Below the pieces are notes generated by a model. The model was not told the origin of the DNA, made no database searches, and saw only the letters and a program-made list of their open reading frames with translations. From an uncultured archaeon (GTDB taxonomy: Archaea; Thermoproteota; Nitrososphaeria; Nitrososphaerales; Gagatemarchaeaceae), in assembly GCA_963799775.1 (NCBI GenBank), contig CAWCYD010000003.1:64001-128000 (forward strand): a stretch of DNA of 64,000 bases, read 5' to 3'. Within the stretch, counting starts at the first letter, position 1. Every line of letters begins with the position of its first letter. Both the position numbers and the translations under genes were made by a program. Positions 11,510 to 22,190 of this stretch are shown here, in pieces.

Positions 11510-12469
11510 ATGCTAGAGAAAATGGGAGCGATGCGGAATGCCTACGGCGAGGCTCTCGTCGAGCTGGGCGCCAACAACCAGCGGATAGTGGTCCTGGGCG
11601 CCGACACCACAGATTCTATGAAGTCCGGGATGTTCGGGGTCAAGTATCCTGACAGGTTCTTCAACCTCGGAATCGCGGAGCAGAACCTCGTCGGCGTCGC
11701 CGCGGGGCTCGCCTTCGGAGGGAAGATCGCCTACGCAGGCACCTACGCCATCTTCGTCCCCGGAAAGTGCGTCGACCAGATACGGAACATGCTCTGCTAT
11801 GCCGACCTCGACGTCAAGATAGTCTGTTCCCACGCGGGGATCACGGTAGGCCCCGACGGAGGCTCGCACGAGCAGGTCGAGGACATAGCTCTGATGCGGT
11901 GCATACCTCACATGAGGGTCGTCGTCCCCGCGGACGCCGTGGCCGTCAAGGGCATAGTCAAGGCGATCGCGGACATCCCCGGACCGTTCTACGTGAGGAT
12001 CACCAGGGGAGTGATCAAGGGCTCGAACACCCCCATCGTGTACGAGAACGGCTTCGAGTACAAGCTGGGCAAGGTGAACGTGATCAGGGAAGGGAGCGAC
12101 GTCGCGCTCTTCGCGTGCGGGATAATGGTCCCGGAGGCGATGAGGGCCGCCGAGTCGCTGGCGAAGAAAGGGGTGCAGGCCAGCGTCATCGACGTCCACA
12201 CGGTAAAGCCGATAGACGAGGAGACGGTAATCAAATACGCAAGGAAGTGCGGCGCAGCCGTGAGCGCAGAGGAGCACAACGTCCTAGGGGGGATGGGCTC
12301 AGCCCTCGCGGAGGTCTTCACCGACCAGTATCCGATCCCGTTGAAGAGGGTCGGAGTGATGGACACCTTCGGGGAGAGCGGCGAGGCACAGGAACTTCTC
12401 AACAAATACGGGCTGACGGCCGCACACATCGAGGAGGCAGCCTCGCAGTCTGTAGCGATGAAACGATAG
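11510..12469 (+). CDS. tktB: Transketolase C-terminal subunit
   Basis: RFFNLGIAEQN, VGPDGGSHEQVED, HTVKPID, EEHNVLGG and DTFGESG motifs. Confidence 0.93.
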   Translation: MLEKMGAMRNAYGEALVELGANNQRIVVLGADTTDSMKSGMFGVKYPDRFFNLGIAEQNLVGVAAGLAFGGKIAYAGTYAIFVPGKCVDQIRNMLCYADLDVKIVCSHAGITVGPDGGSHEQVEDIALMRCIPHMRVVVPADAVAVKGIVKAIADIPGPFYVRITRGVIKGSNTPIVYENGFEYKLGKVNVIREGSDVALFACGIMVPEAMRAAESLAKKGVQASVIDVHTVKPIDEETVIKYARKCGAAVSAEEHNVLGGMGSALAEVFTDQYPIPLKRVGVMDTFGESGEAQELLNKYGLTAAHIEEAASQSVAMKR

Positions 12470-12503
12470 GCTTATTAAAAGAAATCCGACCCAAAACTTC
12501 GCC

Positions 12504-13178
12504 ATGATGAAGTTCTACCTGGACACCGCGAACTTAGCATCCATCAAGAAGTACAACGCGATGGGCCTCGTCGACGGGGTGACGACAAACCCCACTTTGA
12601 TCGTAAAGGAGGGCGCAGACTTTGAAGAGACGATCAAGGCGATATGCAAGGAGGTCTACCCGAACCCTGTCAGCGCAGAAGTGACCGCGACCGACTACGA
12701 GGGGATGGTCTCCGAGGGCAAGCGCAACAAGGCCTTCGCCGAGAACGTCGTGGTGAAGATCCCAATGATCCCAGAGGGCCTAAAGGCGACGAAGACGCTC
12801 AGCAAGATGGGCATCCCGATCAACATGACGCTCATCTTCTCCGCCAACCAGGCTCTCGCTGCGGCCAAGGCCGGCGCCTCCTACCTCAGCCCGTTCATCG
12901 GGAGGCTGGACGACATCGGACAGGACGGGATGGGCATGATCCGCGACCTAGTCGCGATCAAAAGGGCTTATCCGGGGACTTTCAAGGCGGAGATACTTGT
13001 AGCCAGCATCAGGCACCCCATACATGTGATGGAGGCTGCCAAGTTGGGCGCCGACATCGGCACGATGCCCGCTGAGGTCATGGACAAGCTGCTCCTGCAT
13101 CCTCTCACAGAAATCGGGTTGAAGCGCTTCTTGGACGACTGGAACAAGGCCAAGAAGGAAAAGCCGCTCACAGTCTAG
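12504..13178 (+). CDS. tal: Transaldolase (short Tal/Fsa type)
   Basis: FYLDTA, GVTTNPTL, VVKIP, TLIFS, SPFIGRLDD and ASIRHP motifs. Confidence 0.93.
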   Translation: MMKFYLDTANLASIKKYNAMGLVDGVTTNPTLIVKEGADFEETIKAICKEVYPNPVSAEVTATDYEGMVSEGKRNKAFAENVVVKIPMIPEGLKATKTLSKMGIPINMTLIFSANQALAAAKAGASYLSPFIGRLDDIGQDGMGMIRDLVAIKRAYPGTFKAEILVASIRHPIHVMEAAKLGADIGTMPAEVMDKLLLHPLTEIGLKRFLDDWNKAKKEKPLTV

Positions 13179-13278
13179 AGTCAGAGAGCCGTTCTGACGG
13201 CGCGACCGGATTGCGCATCATCTGGATGAAAACCTGAAGGAGATTTCGCTCGTCGCGAGAGAGTCTTGAACGCTAGAG

Positions 13279-13753
13279 CTACTTCTTCGTGACGGCGCCC
13301 TTGACGTCTGCCATGTAGACACCGAGCCTGCCTATCTCGTACGTTAGCATCTCGAGGTCCATCGAGCTGTAGTAGTTCTGGTTGTTCCTGAGGTAGTTCG
13401 TCAGCGCCCCGTACCGGTCGTAGAAGTGCTTGGAAGCCAACTCTGGCCATTTTGCGTCGATCTCCCTGAGCGCGAGCCTGCGTTCATAGTTCCCCTTTGG
13501 GACCTTGTGAAGGAGCTTGTCGACAAGAATGTCTGTGACCTGAGTAAGAACGATCCATGACTTTTCAGAAGCCTCTCTGAACGGAAGCACGCCACCGGGG
13601 CCTCCTCGGGCATAGGTGAAGGTCCATTCCCTCGTAGGAGGTGTTCTCCGCCGCCTTGAGAAGGGCCGGCAGGTCTCCGAAGAGCTTCTCTGAGTTCGCC
13701 CAGAGCTCAGTCATGCTCATAGAGTATTTCTGGGTGTTTAGTATCTTGTTCAC
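13279..13753 (-). CDS. Hypothetical protein, probably one gene split by a frameshift near 13590-13610
   Basis: ORFs 13565-13753 and 13279-13590 have host-like codon bias and abut; no family recognised. Confidence 0.45.
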
Positions 13754-13881
13754 GAGAATATTCCGCTCTCTCGTGTCGTTTAAGAAGATTGCGACGAAGC
13801 GAGAAGCCTTCTCTCCGACGGCTGTCGAATTTGGAACTCGCTAGCATTTAAAGCGCCGCGGCTTGGCGAAAGGGCGAAGCA

Positions 13882-14491
13882 ATGCAGAGACCTACCGGGG
13901 CTCAGGACAAGACTTCGACGGTCCTTGAGGACTTCCTCGCCGCCCTCCGGGACACTCCACGTCCAAGGTCATGTGGTCAAGAGCGAGCCCGAGACGACCA
14001 AGGCGCTGAAGGGCATCCTCTCGGAAGCCGGCTCCCGGTCTGTCGTGGCGGCTGGGATACCGAGCCGCTACAGGAAAGCGGTCGACGCAGCGCTCGCCGG
14101 CCTGAGGTCGGACCATGTGGAAGAGATGAAAGGCACAACTCCAGAGAAGGCGGTAGGCGTCCTGGCCTCTGCCGACGCAGGCATCACGTGGGCCGTGAAC
14201 GGCCTAGCGATGGAGGGCGCAATGCTCGAAGTCGTTTACGACGATTCCCTGAAGCTCGCCTCCTCCTTGCCGATCCTCCATGTGGCCCTGCTCGAATCGT
14301 CGAGCATCCTGCGCGACCTCTCCGAGGCGATGCCCCTAGTGAAGGAATACGTCGCAGGCGCGCCTCCAGACAAAAAGCCGGTGATCTCCTTCATCGCAGG
14401 CCCCAGCAAGACCGGCGACATCGAGATGAGGTTGCTCTACGGAGTCCACGGGCCCCACACAGTGCATGCCATAATCCTCGACTGGGAGTGA
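13882..14491 (+). CDS. lutC: LUD-domain protein (LutC/YkgG-like), frameshift near 13955
   Basis: ADAGIT, SSLPILHVAL and FIAGPSKTGDIEMRLLYGVHGP motifs. Confidence 0.85.
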
Positions 14492-14501
14492 AGAACCGAG
14501 C

Positions 14502-16609
14502 ATGACGAACAACCGGCAGGTTCATCCTCGCCAAGCTGAAACGCGCCCTCAAGGACAAGGACTCCTCGGAGAAGTTCTGGGCCGCCATGACCAAGGCGAG
14601 GGCGAACCGCGAGGCCCTACTCGCCCAGGGCAAGCTGGACATCCACGCCATCAAAGAGTCGAACCGGGCTCTGAAGATGTCCGCGGTGGCCGACACCAGC
14701 CTGGTCCAGGAGTTCGCCGACAACATCACCAAGAACGGCGGGAAGGTCTTCATCGCCAAGACAGGCGCCGAGGCCATCCACTACGTGGAGGAGGTCTCGA
14801 AGAGGGTCGGCGCGAAGCTCATAGTCAAGGCCAAGTCGCTCACTTCAGACGAGATAGACTTTACACATGAGCTGGAGAAGTCGGGGGTCAAGGCGGTCGA
14901 GACCGACCTCGGAGAGCTGATCATACAAGTTGCCGGCGAGACCCCGGTCCATCTCGTCATGCCCGCCGCACACAAGTCGGTGCAAGAGATCGCTCAACTT
15001 GTCTCCAGCGCGGTGGGGAGGGAGATCCCCCCGGAAGACCAGGCGATACTGAGCGCGGTGAGGGCGTACCTCAGGCAGCTCTTCTTGACTGCAGAGATCG
15101 GCGTCACAGGGGCGAACATCGGGATAGCGGAGACCGGCTCCATCGTGATAGAGACGAACGAGGGCAACGGCCGTCTGGTCACCGCGATCCCGAAGGTGCA
15201 CCTCGTCATCATCGGGATGGAGAAGATAGTGCCAAAGTGGGCGGACGCGACCTACCTCGTGAAGGGGCACAGCGCGAGCGCCACTGGGCAGAACATGACG
15301 GTCTACGTCTCCGTTATCACGCAACACGCGCCCTTGGCGGGCTCCACGGACGGGAGGGAATACCACGTGATCATCCTCGACAACGGCAGGAGCAAGATGA
15401 GGGACGACCCCTGGTTCTCTGACGCTCTCAACTGCATCAGGTGCGGGGCGTGTATGAACATCTGCCCCACGTACGGAGTCGCCGGCGGGCACACCTTCGG
15501 CTACATCTATCCCGGCCCCATCGGGATCCCATGGACTGCGGAGGTCCACGGCCTGGACAAGGCCACCTTCGCCCACCTCTGCGTCTCGTGCGGCCTATGC
15601 AAGGAGATCTGCCCCGTGGACATCAACATCCCCATGATGATCGCAAAGGTCAAGGAGGAAGAGGTCCGGGAGAACGGACAGCTCACGGTAAACAGCTTCT
15701 TCATGTCCTCGGAGTCCCTCGCGAAGCTCGCGAGCGCGACGGCTCCCGCCTCGAACTGGCTCCTCAGAAGGAGCGCGACGAGGGCGGTGATGGAGTCCCT
15801 GGTCGGCGTCGACAAGAGAAGGACGCTCCCAAGCTTCTCCAGGAAGAGGTTGCGCAAGCGGATCGAAGGCCTGAGCAACGGAGAGGGGAACGCCGGGAAG
15901 GTCGTCTTCTTCCCGGACGTCTACGCCGACTACAACGACCCCGAACTCGGGGTGAGGGCCTTCAAGATCCTGGTCTCCCTGGGCTACAAGGTCGAGTGTC
16001 CCCAACCTTCATTGGAGCGGGATGCCATACATCTCGTATGGCGACATCGCAAAGGCGACCTCTGTTGCGAAGACCAACCTCGAGTCGCTCAAGAAGTATC
16101 TTGACGACGGCTATTCGGTCGTCTCCACCGAGCCCACGGCGATCTACATGTTCAAGGAGGTCTACCCAACCCTCGTCCCCGGCGCCCTCGCAGAGAAGGC
16201 CCGGACCGCGAGCTTCCCGTTCTTCGGCTTCATCCAGGAGGGACTCGGACAGCTCGAGCTCGACCCGGTCTATCCTACCCAAAAGCCGATAGGCTTCCAC
16301 ATCCCGTGCCACGACCGGGCCGTCTCGTCCGGAGGGCCCGCGATGGCCTTCCTCCGCGCGGCCGGGTACGACGTAAAGGTCGTCGAGGACGGCACTTGCT
16401 GCGGGATGGCAGGGACCTTCGGCATGAAGAAGGGGGACCTGGGCTACAACCTCTCGATGGAGGTGGGCGACCACCTCTTCAGGCTCTTCAGAGGCTCGGG
16501 CCTTGACCTTGTGGCCACGGAGAGCAGCGTCTGCTCGATGCAGATCTCGGACGGAGTGGGGCTGAAGGTCGTCCACCCGCTCTTGACGGCGAACCACGGC
16601 TCGAATTGA
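14502..16609 (+). CDS. lutB: LutB-like LUD/4Fe-4S protein fused to CCG domains (frameshifts near 14515 and 16005)
   Basis: KAKSLTSDEI, ETDLGE, HLVMPAAH, GVTGAN, NEGNGR, CIRCGACMNICP, CVSCGLCKEICP, HIPCH and CCGMAGTFG motifs. Confidence 0.85.
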
Positions 16610-16692
16610 GTCGCGGGCCTACCCAAGATTCCCGCGCACGAGCAACCGAGGGGCTCTACGGCTTAAGAATGGCTCTCCGCCCGGGATAAGCG

Positions 16693-17778
16693 ATGACAGA
16701 GAAGCTCCTGATGGTCCCAGGCCCGACGAACCTCTCGAAGAAGGTGCGGGAGGTCATCTCGCAGGCGCAGGTGGGCCACACAGACCCAGACTTTGTCAAG
16801 AACTTCACCGAGACGCTGGAGCTCGCAAGGAAGGTCTTCAAGAACAGCAAGGGCCACCAGTTCGTCTTCACCGGCACGGGAACCGTCGGCATGGAGGCCG
16901 CCGTTGCCGCAACGGTAGAGCCTGGGGACAAGGCCCTCGTCCTCAACACAGGATACTTCGGCCAGAGGATGGCGGACATCAACCGGGTCTACGGGGCGAA
17001 AGTGGAGGAGCTGACCACCGGGTTCGGTCAGCACGCCGACCCTGGAGACGTCCGCAAGAAGCTGACCGGAGGGTCGTTCAAAGCCCTCTATGTCACCCAC
17101 GTGGACACAGGCACGACGGTCTGCAACCCGATAGCGGAGATCGTCGCCGAGGCCAAGAAGGCCGGACTCATCGCAGTCGTGGACGGAGTGTGCTCGGTGG
17201 GAGGGCTCGAGCTCGACTTCGACAGACTAGGCGCAGACGTCGCATTCACCGGCTCCCAGAAGGCGCTCGCGGCCCCGCCAGGAGCCGTCCTGATCGCCAC
17301 GTCCAGGGAGTTCTTCACCAGGCTCGAGGCGAGGAGGGAGAGCGTCATGACGTATTACGCGAACCTGCTGAGATGGAAGATGGTGATGGACGACCCGAAG
17401 ACGTACTTCGCGACCCACGCCGTGCAGCTGCTCCAGGCCCTGAACCAGGCCTTGAAGGAGGTCCAGGAAGAAGGGATGGAGAAGCGCTGGCAGAGGCACA
17501 AGGCCAACGCCAGAATAATCCGCGACGGGATCGAGGTCACCAACAGCAAGCTCGTCGTAGAGCAGGGCTACAGGGCGGACACCGTGACGGGCCTCTGGAC
17601 AGAGCCTGGGGCGGCACCCGTCATCCAGAAATCCCTGCGGGAAGAGCACGGGATAGACGTCGCGAGGGGCCTGGGCGAGAACAACTCGAAGATGCTCAGG
17701 GTCGGCCACTTTGGGAACCTCACCGAGCAGCAGTCGAGGTTCTTCGTGGACTCGTTCAAGGCTTCGCTTCAAAAGTGA
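16693..17778 (+). CDS. Class V PLP aminotransferase (serine/alanine-glyoxylate aminotransferase family)
   Basis: LMVPGPT, GTGTVGMEA, HVDTGT, VDGVCS, GSQKALAAPPG and RVGHFG motifs. Confidence 0.9.
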   Translation: MTEKLLMVPGPTNLSKKVREVISQAQVGHTDPDFVKNFTETLELARKVFKNSKGHQFVFTGTGTVGMEAAVAATVEPGDKALVLNTGYFGQRMADINRVYGAKVEELTTGFGQHADPGDVRKKLTGGSFKALYVTHVDTGTTVCNPIAEIVAEAKKAGLIAVVDGVCSVGGLELDFDRLGADVAFTGSQKALAAPPGAVLIATSREFFTRLEARRESVMTYYANLLRWKMVMDDPKTYFATHAVQLLQALNQALKEVQEEGMEKRWQRHKANARIIRDGIEVTNSKLVVEQGYRADTVTGLWTEPGAAPVIQKSLREEHGIDVARGLGENNSKMLRVGHFGNLTEQQSRFFVDSFKASLQK

Positions 17779-17895
17779 GGCGTAAGAGCCCCTACTCCGT
17801 TTCGCAGCCGCCGAAGGCTCCTCCGAGGAAACGCCAAGAGTCGAAGAAAATCTGGATGAGGTTTTATACCTCCGAGAGGTCGCGTGGTGAACTCG

Positions 17896-19695
17896 ATGGC
17901 GAGCTCCGAGCAAGAGAAGATCCTTGGCATCGACCTCGGGACGACCAACTCCGCCGCGGCCGTCTACGAGGGGTCTGGCGCCATCTCCATCCCTAGCCAG
18001 GACGGCGAGGCCGTCGGGGGGAAGATGTTCCCCTCCGTGGTCGCGTTCATGGCGGACGGGAGCGTTGTGGTCGGGGAGAAGGCGAAGCGTCAGATGTCGC
18101 TCAACCCGAAGGGAACCATCCTCGAGATCAAGCGGAAGATGGGCACCGAGTACAGGGTCGAGGTCAACGGGAAGAAGTACACCCCTGAAGAGATATCCTC
18201 GTTCATCCTGCGCAAGATAAAGACAGAGTCCGAGGCCTACCTAGGGGCGACCGCCAGGAAGGCGGTCATCACGGTCCCGGCGCACTTCAACGACAACCAG
18301 AGGCAGGCGACGATGGAAGCGGGCGCGATGGCAGGCCTCGAGGTCATCAGGATAATCAACGAGCCGACCGCAGCGTGCCTCGCCTACGGCCTGGACCGGG
18401 CCGCGCAGGGAGCGGAGGGGACGAAGCTGCGGATCATGGTCTTCAGCTTCGGCGGTGGGGCCCACGACGTGACGACGATGGAGATCGAGGGGGAGACCTA
18501 CAAGGTCCTGGCGACAAGCGGAGACACGCTGACCGGCGGCGCCGACATCGACAACGCCATAGTCGAGAGGCTGGCGAACCAGTTCTACAACGAGACAGGC
18601 GTCAACCTGCGAAGCAATCCGTCCGCGATGGTCAGGCTCAAGGAGGCGGCAGAGAAGGCCAAGATCGAGCTCTCGACGGAGCTCTCCGTCGAGGTGGGCG
18701 TCCCGTTCCTCGCGAACGTCAGCGGCGTCCCGAAGCACCTGAAGTACGAGCTGACCCAGGCGGAGCTGGAGCAGATAGCGCTCCCGATAGTCAAGAAGGT
18801 GGAGTCGACGATAAAGACGGTCCTCATCGACTCCCGTCTCGCCCCCGAGGACGTCGACAGGCTCATCCTCATCGGAGGGCAGACCAAGATGCCGCTCGTC
18901 AGGAGGGTCGTCGAGAAATATATGGGGAAGGACGCAGAAGAGGGCGTCGACCCGATGCAGTGCGTCGCGATCGGAGCCGCCTATCAGGGAGCGGTGCTCG
19001 CTGGGAAGCTGAACTACAAGCTCCTCGACGTGACCCCGCTCACTCTGGGGGTCGAGGACGCGGCAGGGACGGTGCAGAAGGTCATCTACAGGAACACCCC
19101 GATCCCCGTCTCAAAGAGCCAATCTTTCACGACGGCGGAGGACGACCAGACGGAGGTAAGCATCCATGTCCTCCAGGGAGAGCGCCCCATGGCGGCCGAC
19201 TGCGTCTCGATAGGGCGGTTCGACCTGGAGGGGTTCGCCCCCAGGGCAAGAGGCGCGACCCAGATCATTATCGGCTTCGAGATAGACGCCAACGGGATCC
19301 TGCACGTCTCGGCACGGGAGCTCGCGAGCGGTGTCGAGCAGAAGGTCAAGATCACGGGCAGGATGAAGATCCCAGAAGACGAACGGAGGCGCCTTATCGA
19401 GGAGAGCCACATGTTCTCGGGCATCGACCGCGCGAGGAGGGAAGAGGCCCTGCTCCAGGCGAACGGCGACCAGCTCATCTACAAGGCGAGGAAGATTCAG
19501 GGGGCACTCCTTCTCCCACGGGAGAGGATCGAGAAGCTGAACAAGGTGTGCGCGGAGCTGAAGGCGACGATGGCCTCCCCCCTCGACTACGAGGGCGAGA
19601 ACATCAAGCTGGAGAACCTAAAGGCCAAGATGGTGGAGCTCGCCGACCTCATAAACGACACGATAGACGTCTACGAGATGGGCGAAGCCGCCTAG
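17896..19695 (+). CDS. dnaK: Hsp70/DnaK paralog with an altered phosphate-2 loop
   Basis: GIDLGTTNS, AVITVPAHF, INEPTAA, RLKEAAEKAKIELS and LLDVTPLTLG; the canonical DLGGGTFD reads SFGGGAHD. Confidence 0.9.
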   Translation: MASSEQEKILGIDLGTTNSAAAVYEGSGAISIPSQDGEAVGGKMFPSVVAFMADGSVVVGEKAKRQMSLNPKGTILEIKRKMGTEYRVEVNGKKYTPEEISSFILRKIKTESEAYLGATARKAVITVPAHFNDNQRQATMEAGAMAGLEVIRIINEPTAACLAYGLDRAAQGAEGTKLRIMVFSFGGGAHDVTTMEIEGETYKVLATSGDTLTGGADIDNAIVERLANQFYNETGVNLRSNPSAMVRLKEAAEKAKIELSTELSVEVGVPFLANVSGVPKHLKYELTQAELEQIALPIVKKVESTIKTVLIDSRLAPEDVDRLILIGGQTKMPLVRRVVEKYMGKDAEEGVDPMQCVAIGAAYQGAVLAGKLNYKLLDVTPLTLGVEDAAGTVQKVIYRNTPIPVSKSQSFTTAEDDQTEVSIHVLQGERPMAADCVSIGRFDLEGFAPRARGATQIIIGFEIDANGILHVSARELASGVEQKVKITGRMKIPEDERRRLIEESHMFSGIDRARREEALLQANGDQLIYKARKIQGALLLPRERIEKLNKVCAELKATMASPLDYEGENIKLENLKAKMVELADLINDTIDVYEMGEAA

Positions 19696-19697
19696 AG

Positions 19698-21164
19698 TCA
19701 GCCCTTGGGAGAGGAGTGGCTGGTTATCTGCTCTATGACGTCGGTCGACTCGACGAGCAACCTGAACGGCGTCGAAAGGGGGACCCCCTTCGCGGTGGTC
19801 GCCAATACAGTGATCGTGTAAGACCCGTCAGGCTGGTTGCTAAAGGCGAAGTCCATCTCGGTCGTCTTGTCGGGGGCGAGCGTCGCCCTCGTCTTGATTA
19901 TCTGGATTGTCTGGTTCGCCGCGTTCTTCAGCGTCGCGTAGAAGACGGTCTGCTGGGCGACGTTCTGGTCGTTCAAGAAGCTGAAGCTGACGCTGGGCGC
20001 GTTGGCGTACGAGTCGAGGACAGGGGCGTCCGCATAGTTCCCGTAGGTCGGCGTCCCTTGCATGACGAGCGAGTCGTCCGTGAACGGCGCCGCCTGTGCG
20101 GTGTAACTCGGGTTCATCGCCTCCATCAGGTCTGACGCCGACGCGTCCCTCTGGTTGATAGCCGGCAGGTCGAAGACTCTCTCGATGAACTTCAGTATGG
20201 ACACGTGGTCCGAGAGAGTGTGGTCGATGTATCCCTGCTTCGCGAAAGGCGAGATTAGCAAGAGCGGGACGCGGAATCCCAGGCCATAGTTGTCGATCTG
20301 GGGCGGCGCCACGTGGTCATACCATCCGCCGTAGTCGTCCCAAGTCAGAAGGATCGCCGTAGAGCCCCAATAGCTGCTAGACTGGACAGCTTCTATTATG
20401 CCCTGGACCCACGCCTGCCCTATAGCGACGTCGTAGGGCGGGTGCTCGTTCTGGCCGTCCGACGCTGTGATGTAGGTGACGGCGGGCAGGTTCCCGTTCT
20501 GGAGGTCCGTCATGAAGTTCTGGCTCAGCCTAAGGTTGCTCGACATCGTGTAGTTGTCAATTATCGAAGGGATTAGGCCCAGTGCGTTCTCGTTGCCTAG
20601 CTGGTAGGGGGAATAGTAGGCCCAAGAGTCTCCGGCGGCTTGCAGCTCGTTCGCGATCGTGTTGATGTTCAGAGGCGTCGTCCCCTGCGTCACCGAGTCC
20701 GGAACACCGTCGTCCTGAGCTGCCACGATGTAGAGGTGGTTCGGGAGGGAGGGCCCCATCTCCGAGGTGAAGTAGTTGTCGAAGAGAGTGTAGTTCTTCG
20801 CGAGGCTCCAGTAATAGGGGATGTCTCTCTGGTCATAGTAGCCAAAGGTGTCGTTCGAGCCTTCGGCTTGGAGGAAGCCGTCCATCTTCCCGTTGTCGTA
20901 GTCCGCGCGCGCGCAATCTGTTGAATGGCAGAGGTCGACCTGTGAGTTCACAAGGTGGTACGGATGGACGTTGGGAGGGTCATTCTTGATTCCGTTGGCG
21001 CCAGGGAACGTCCCGAAATAGTTGTCGAAGGTGTGGTTCTCCTGGACGATCACGATTATGTGCTTGATGGGGTTCCCGGAGACCACGTTCGGGGAGGCGA
21101 AGTACGGCTGGACAAGCGGCACGAACACGAGAAGGAACAGCGGGACGAGGGTCAGTAGCTTCAT
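19698..21164 (-). CDS. Secreted phosphoesterase (phospholipase C/acid phosphatase family)
   Basis: Signal peptide; [45 protein letters not shown] and GFRVP motifs. Confidence 0.9.
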   Translation of the reverse strand: MKLLTLVPLFLLVFVPLVQPYFASPNVVSGNPIKHIIVIVQENHTFDNYFGTFPGANGIKNDPPNVHPYHLVNSQVDLCHSTDCARADYDNGKMDGFLQAEGSNDTFGYYDQRDIPYYWSLAKNYTLFDNYFTSEMGPSLPNHLYIVAAQDDGVPDSVTQGTTPLNINTIANELQAAGDSWAYYSPYQLGNENALGLIPSIIDNYTMSSNLRLSQNFMTDLQNGNLPAVTYITASDGQNEHPPYDVAIGQAWVQGIIEAVQSSSYWGSTAILLTWDDYGGWYDHVAPPQIDNYGLGFRVPLLLISPFAKQGYIDHTLSDHVSILKFIERVFDLPAINQRDASASDLMEAMNPSYTAQAAPFTDDSLVMQGTPTYGNYADAPVLDSYANAPSVSFSFLNDQNVAQQTVFYATLKNAANQTIQIIKTRATLAPDKTTEMDFAFSNQPDGSYTITVLATTAKGVPLSTPFRLLVESTDVIEQITSHSSPKG

Positions 21165-21365
21165 GCTATCCAGTTATTCTCTTGTCGCGAATCTCCCCAT
21201 TCCCTCAAGATGCTCGGCGGACGAACCAAATTTGGACCGCTCCGAACATAGATTACCGGTATAGAACAAAGTTCTGTATATTTATGTCTCGCGACGTCGC
21301 CAAATTGTCACATTTGTGCTAACTCCGGACAAAAGGATTTAGCGTCTTCGTGCCTTCGAACGGCC

Positions 21366-22139
21366 GTGTCGAAGCCTCCACAGGACTTTAGGAGCGAGGA
21401 GAGGCTCATCCCTCTCATCCGAGCGCGGCTCGCAGAACGGCTCGTGCAAGAGGGGTTCAGGCCGAAGCAGGTGGCCTCTGCCCTCAACGTGACGCAGGCC
21501 GCGGTGACCCAGTACCTGAAGCGCAAACGCGGAGGAAACCCGTCGATGCTGGTCTCGATCGACCGCCTCATCGACCCTCTTGCGGAGAAGCTCGCTAAGA
21601 GGATCCGCAGCGGTCTCGGCGGGGTAGAGACGACCGAGCTCGTCGAGGCGGCGAGGCAGGTCATGGTGATGAACAGGGGCATGCTCGTGGTCCAGCAGCA
21701 CGCGGACCGGCCCGAGCGCGACAAGGCCCTGAAGATCCTGAGGGAGCGGCTCAAACTAGAGCTCACCGCCGCCGAGAGGTATCTGGAGCTCTCGAACAAG
21801 ACGGCGGACGACTACTCCAAGATGCTCCTGCGGATGATAGCCGCGGACAGCATCAGACACGGCGACGTCGTCTCACAGGTGATCTCCTGGTTCGAGGCCG
21901 GCAGGGAGACAGATGTGGAGATGCCTGGCAAGGCCATCCTGGAGAGCCTGATCGAATTGGAGGACTCTGCACACGAGGCGAGCCTCACCCAGAGCATCCG
22001 GATAGGCCACCCCATAGCCCAGCTCCTCTTCCAGTGGATCGACGCCGACGAGGAGAAGCACGAGAAGATCGTCTCGAAGATGCTGAAGCTGGAGCAGGAG
22101 CGCGACCGAAAGAGAGGGCGACCCGGCGGCGCGAAGTAA
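21366..22139 (+). CDS. HTH transcriptional regulator fused to a ferritin/rubrerythrin-like domain
   Basis: N-terminal VASALNVTQAAVTQYL HTH; C-terminal helical repeats ending DSIRH and DEEKH. Confidence 0.7.
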   Translation: MSKPPQDFRSEERLIPLIRARLAERLVQEGFRPKQVASALNVTQAAVTQYLKRKRGGNPSMLVSIDRLIDPLAEKLAKRIRSGLGGVETTELVEAARQVMVMNRGMLVVQQHADRPERDKALKILRERLKLELTAAERYLELSNKTADDYSKMLLRMIAADSIRHGDVVSQVISWFEAGRETDVEMPGKAILESLIELEDSAHEASLTQSIRIGHPIAQLLFQWIDADEEKHEKIVSKMLKLEQERDRKRGRPGGAK

Positions 22140-22190
22140 ACCAAACTTAATAGACTAAATCTGGGCGGTTAAAAAGGAATGTCGAATCAC

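Noticed and set aside
18375-20135. Long alternative-frame ORFs such as 18375-20135 (586 aa), 47435-49615 (726 aa) and 45667-46917
   Set aside because: These are Arg/Gly/Pro-rich shadow frames produced by high GC3 in the real overlapping genes.
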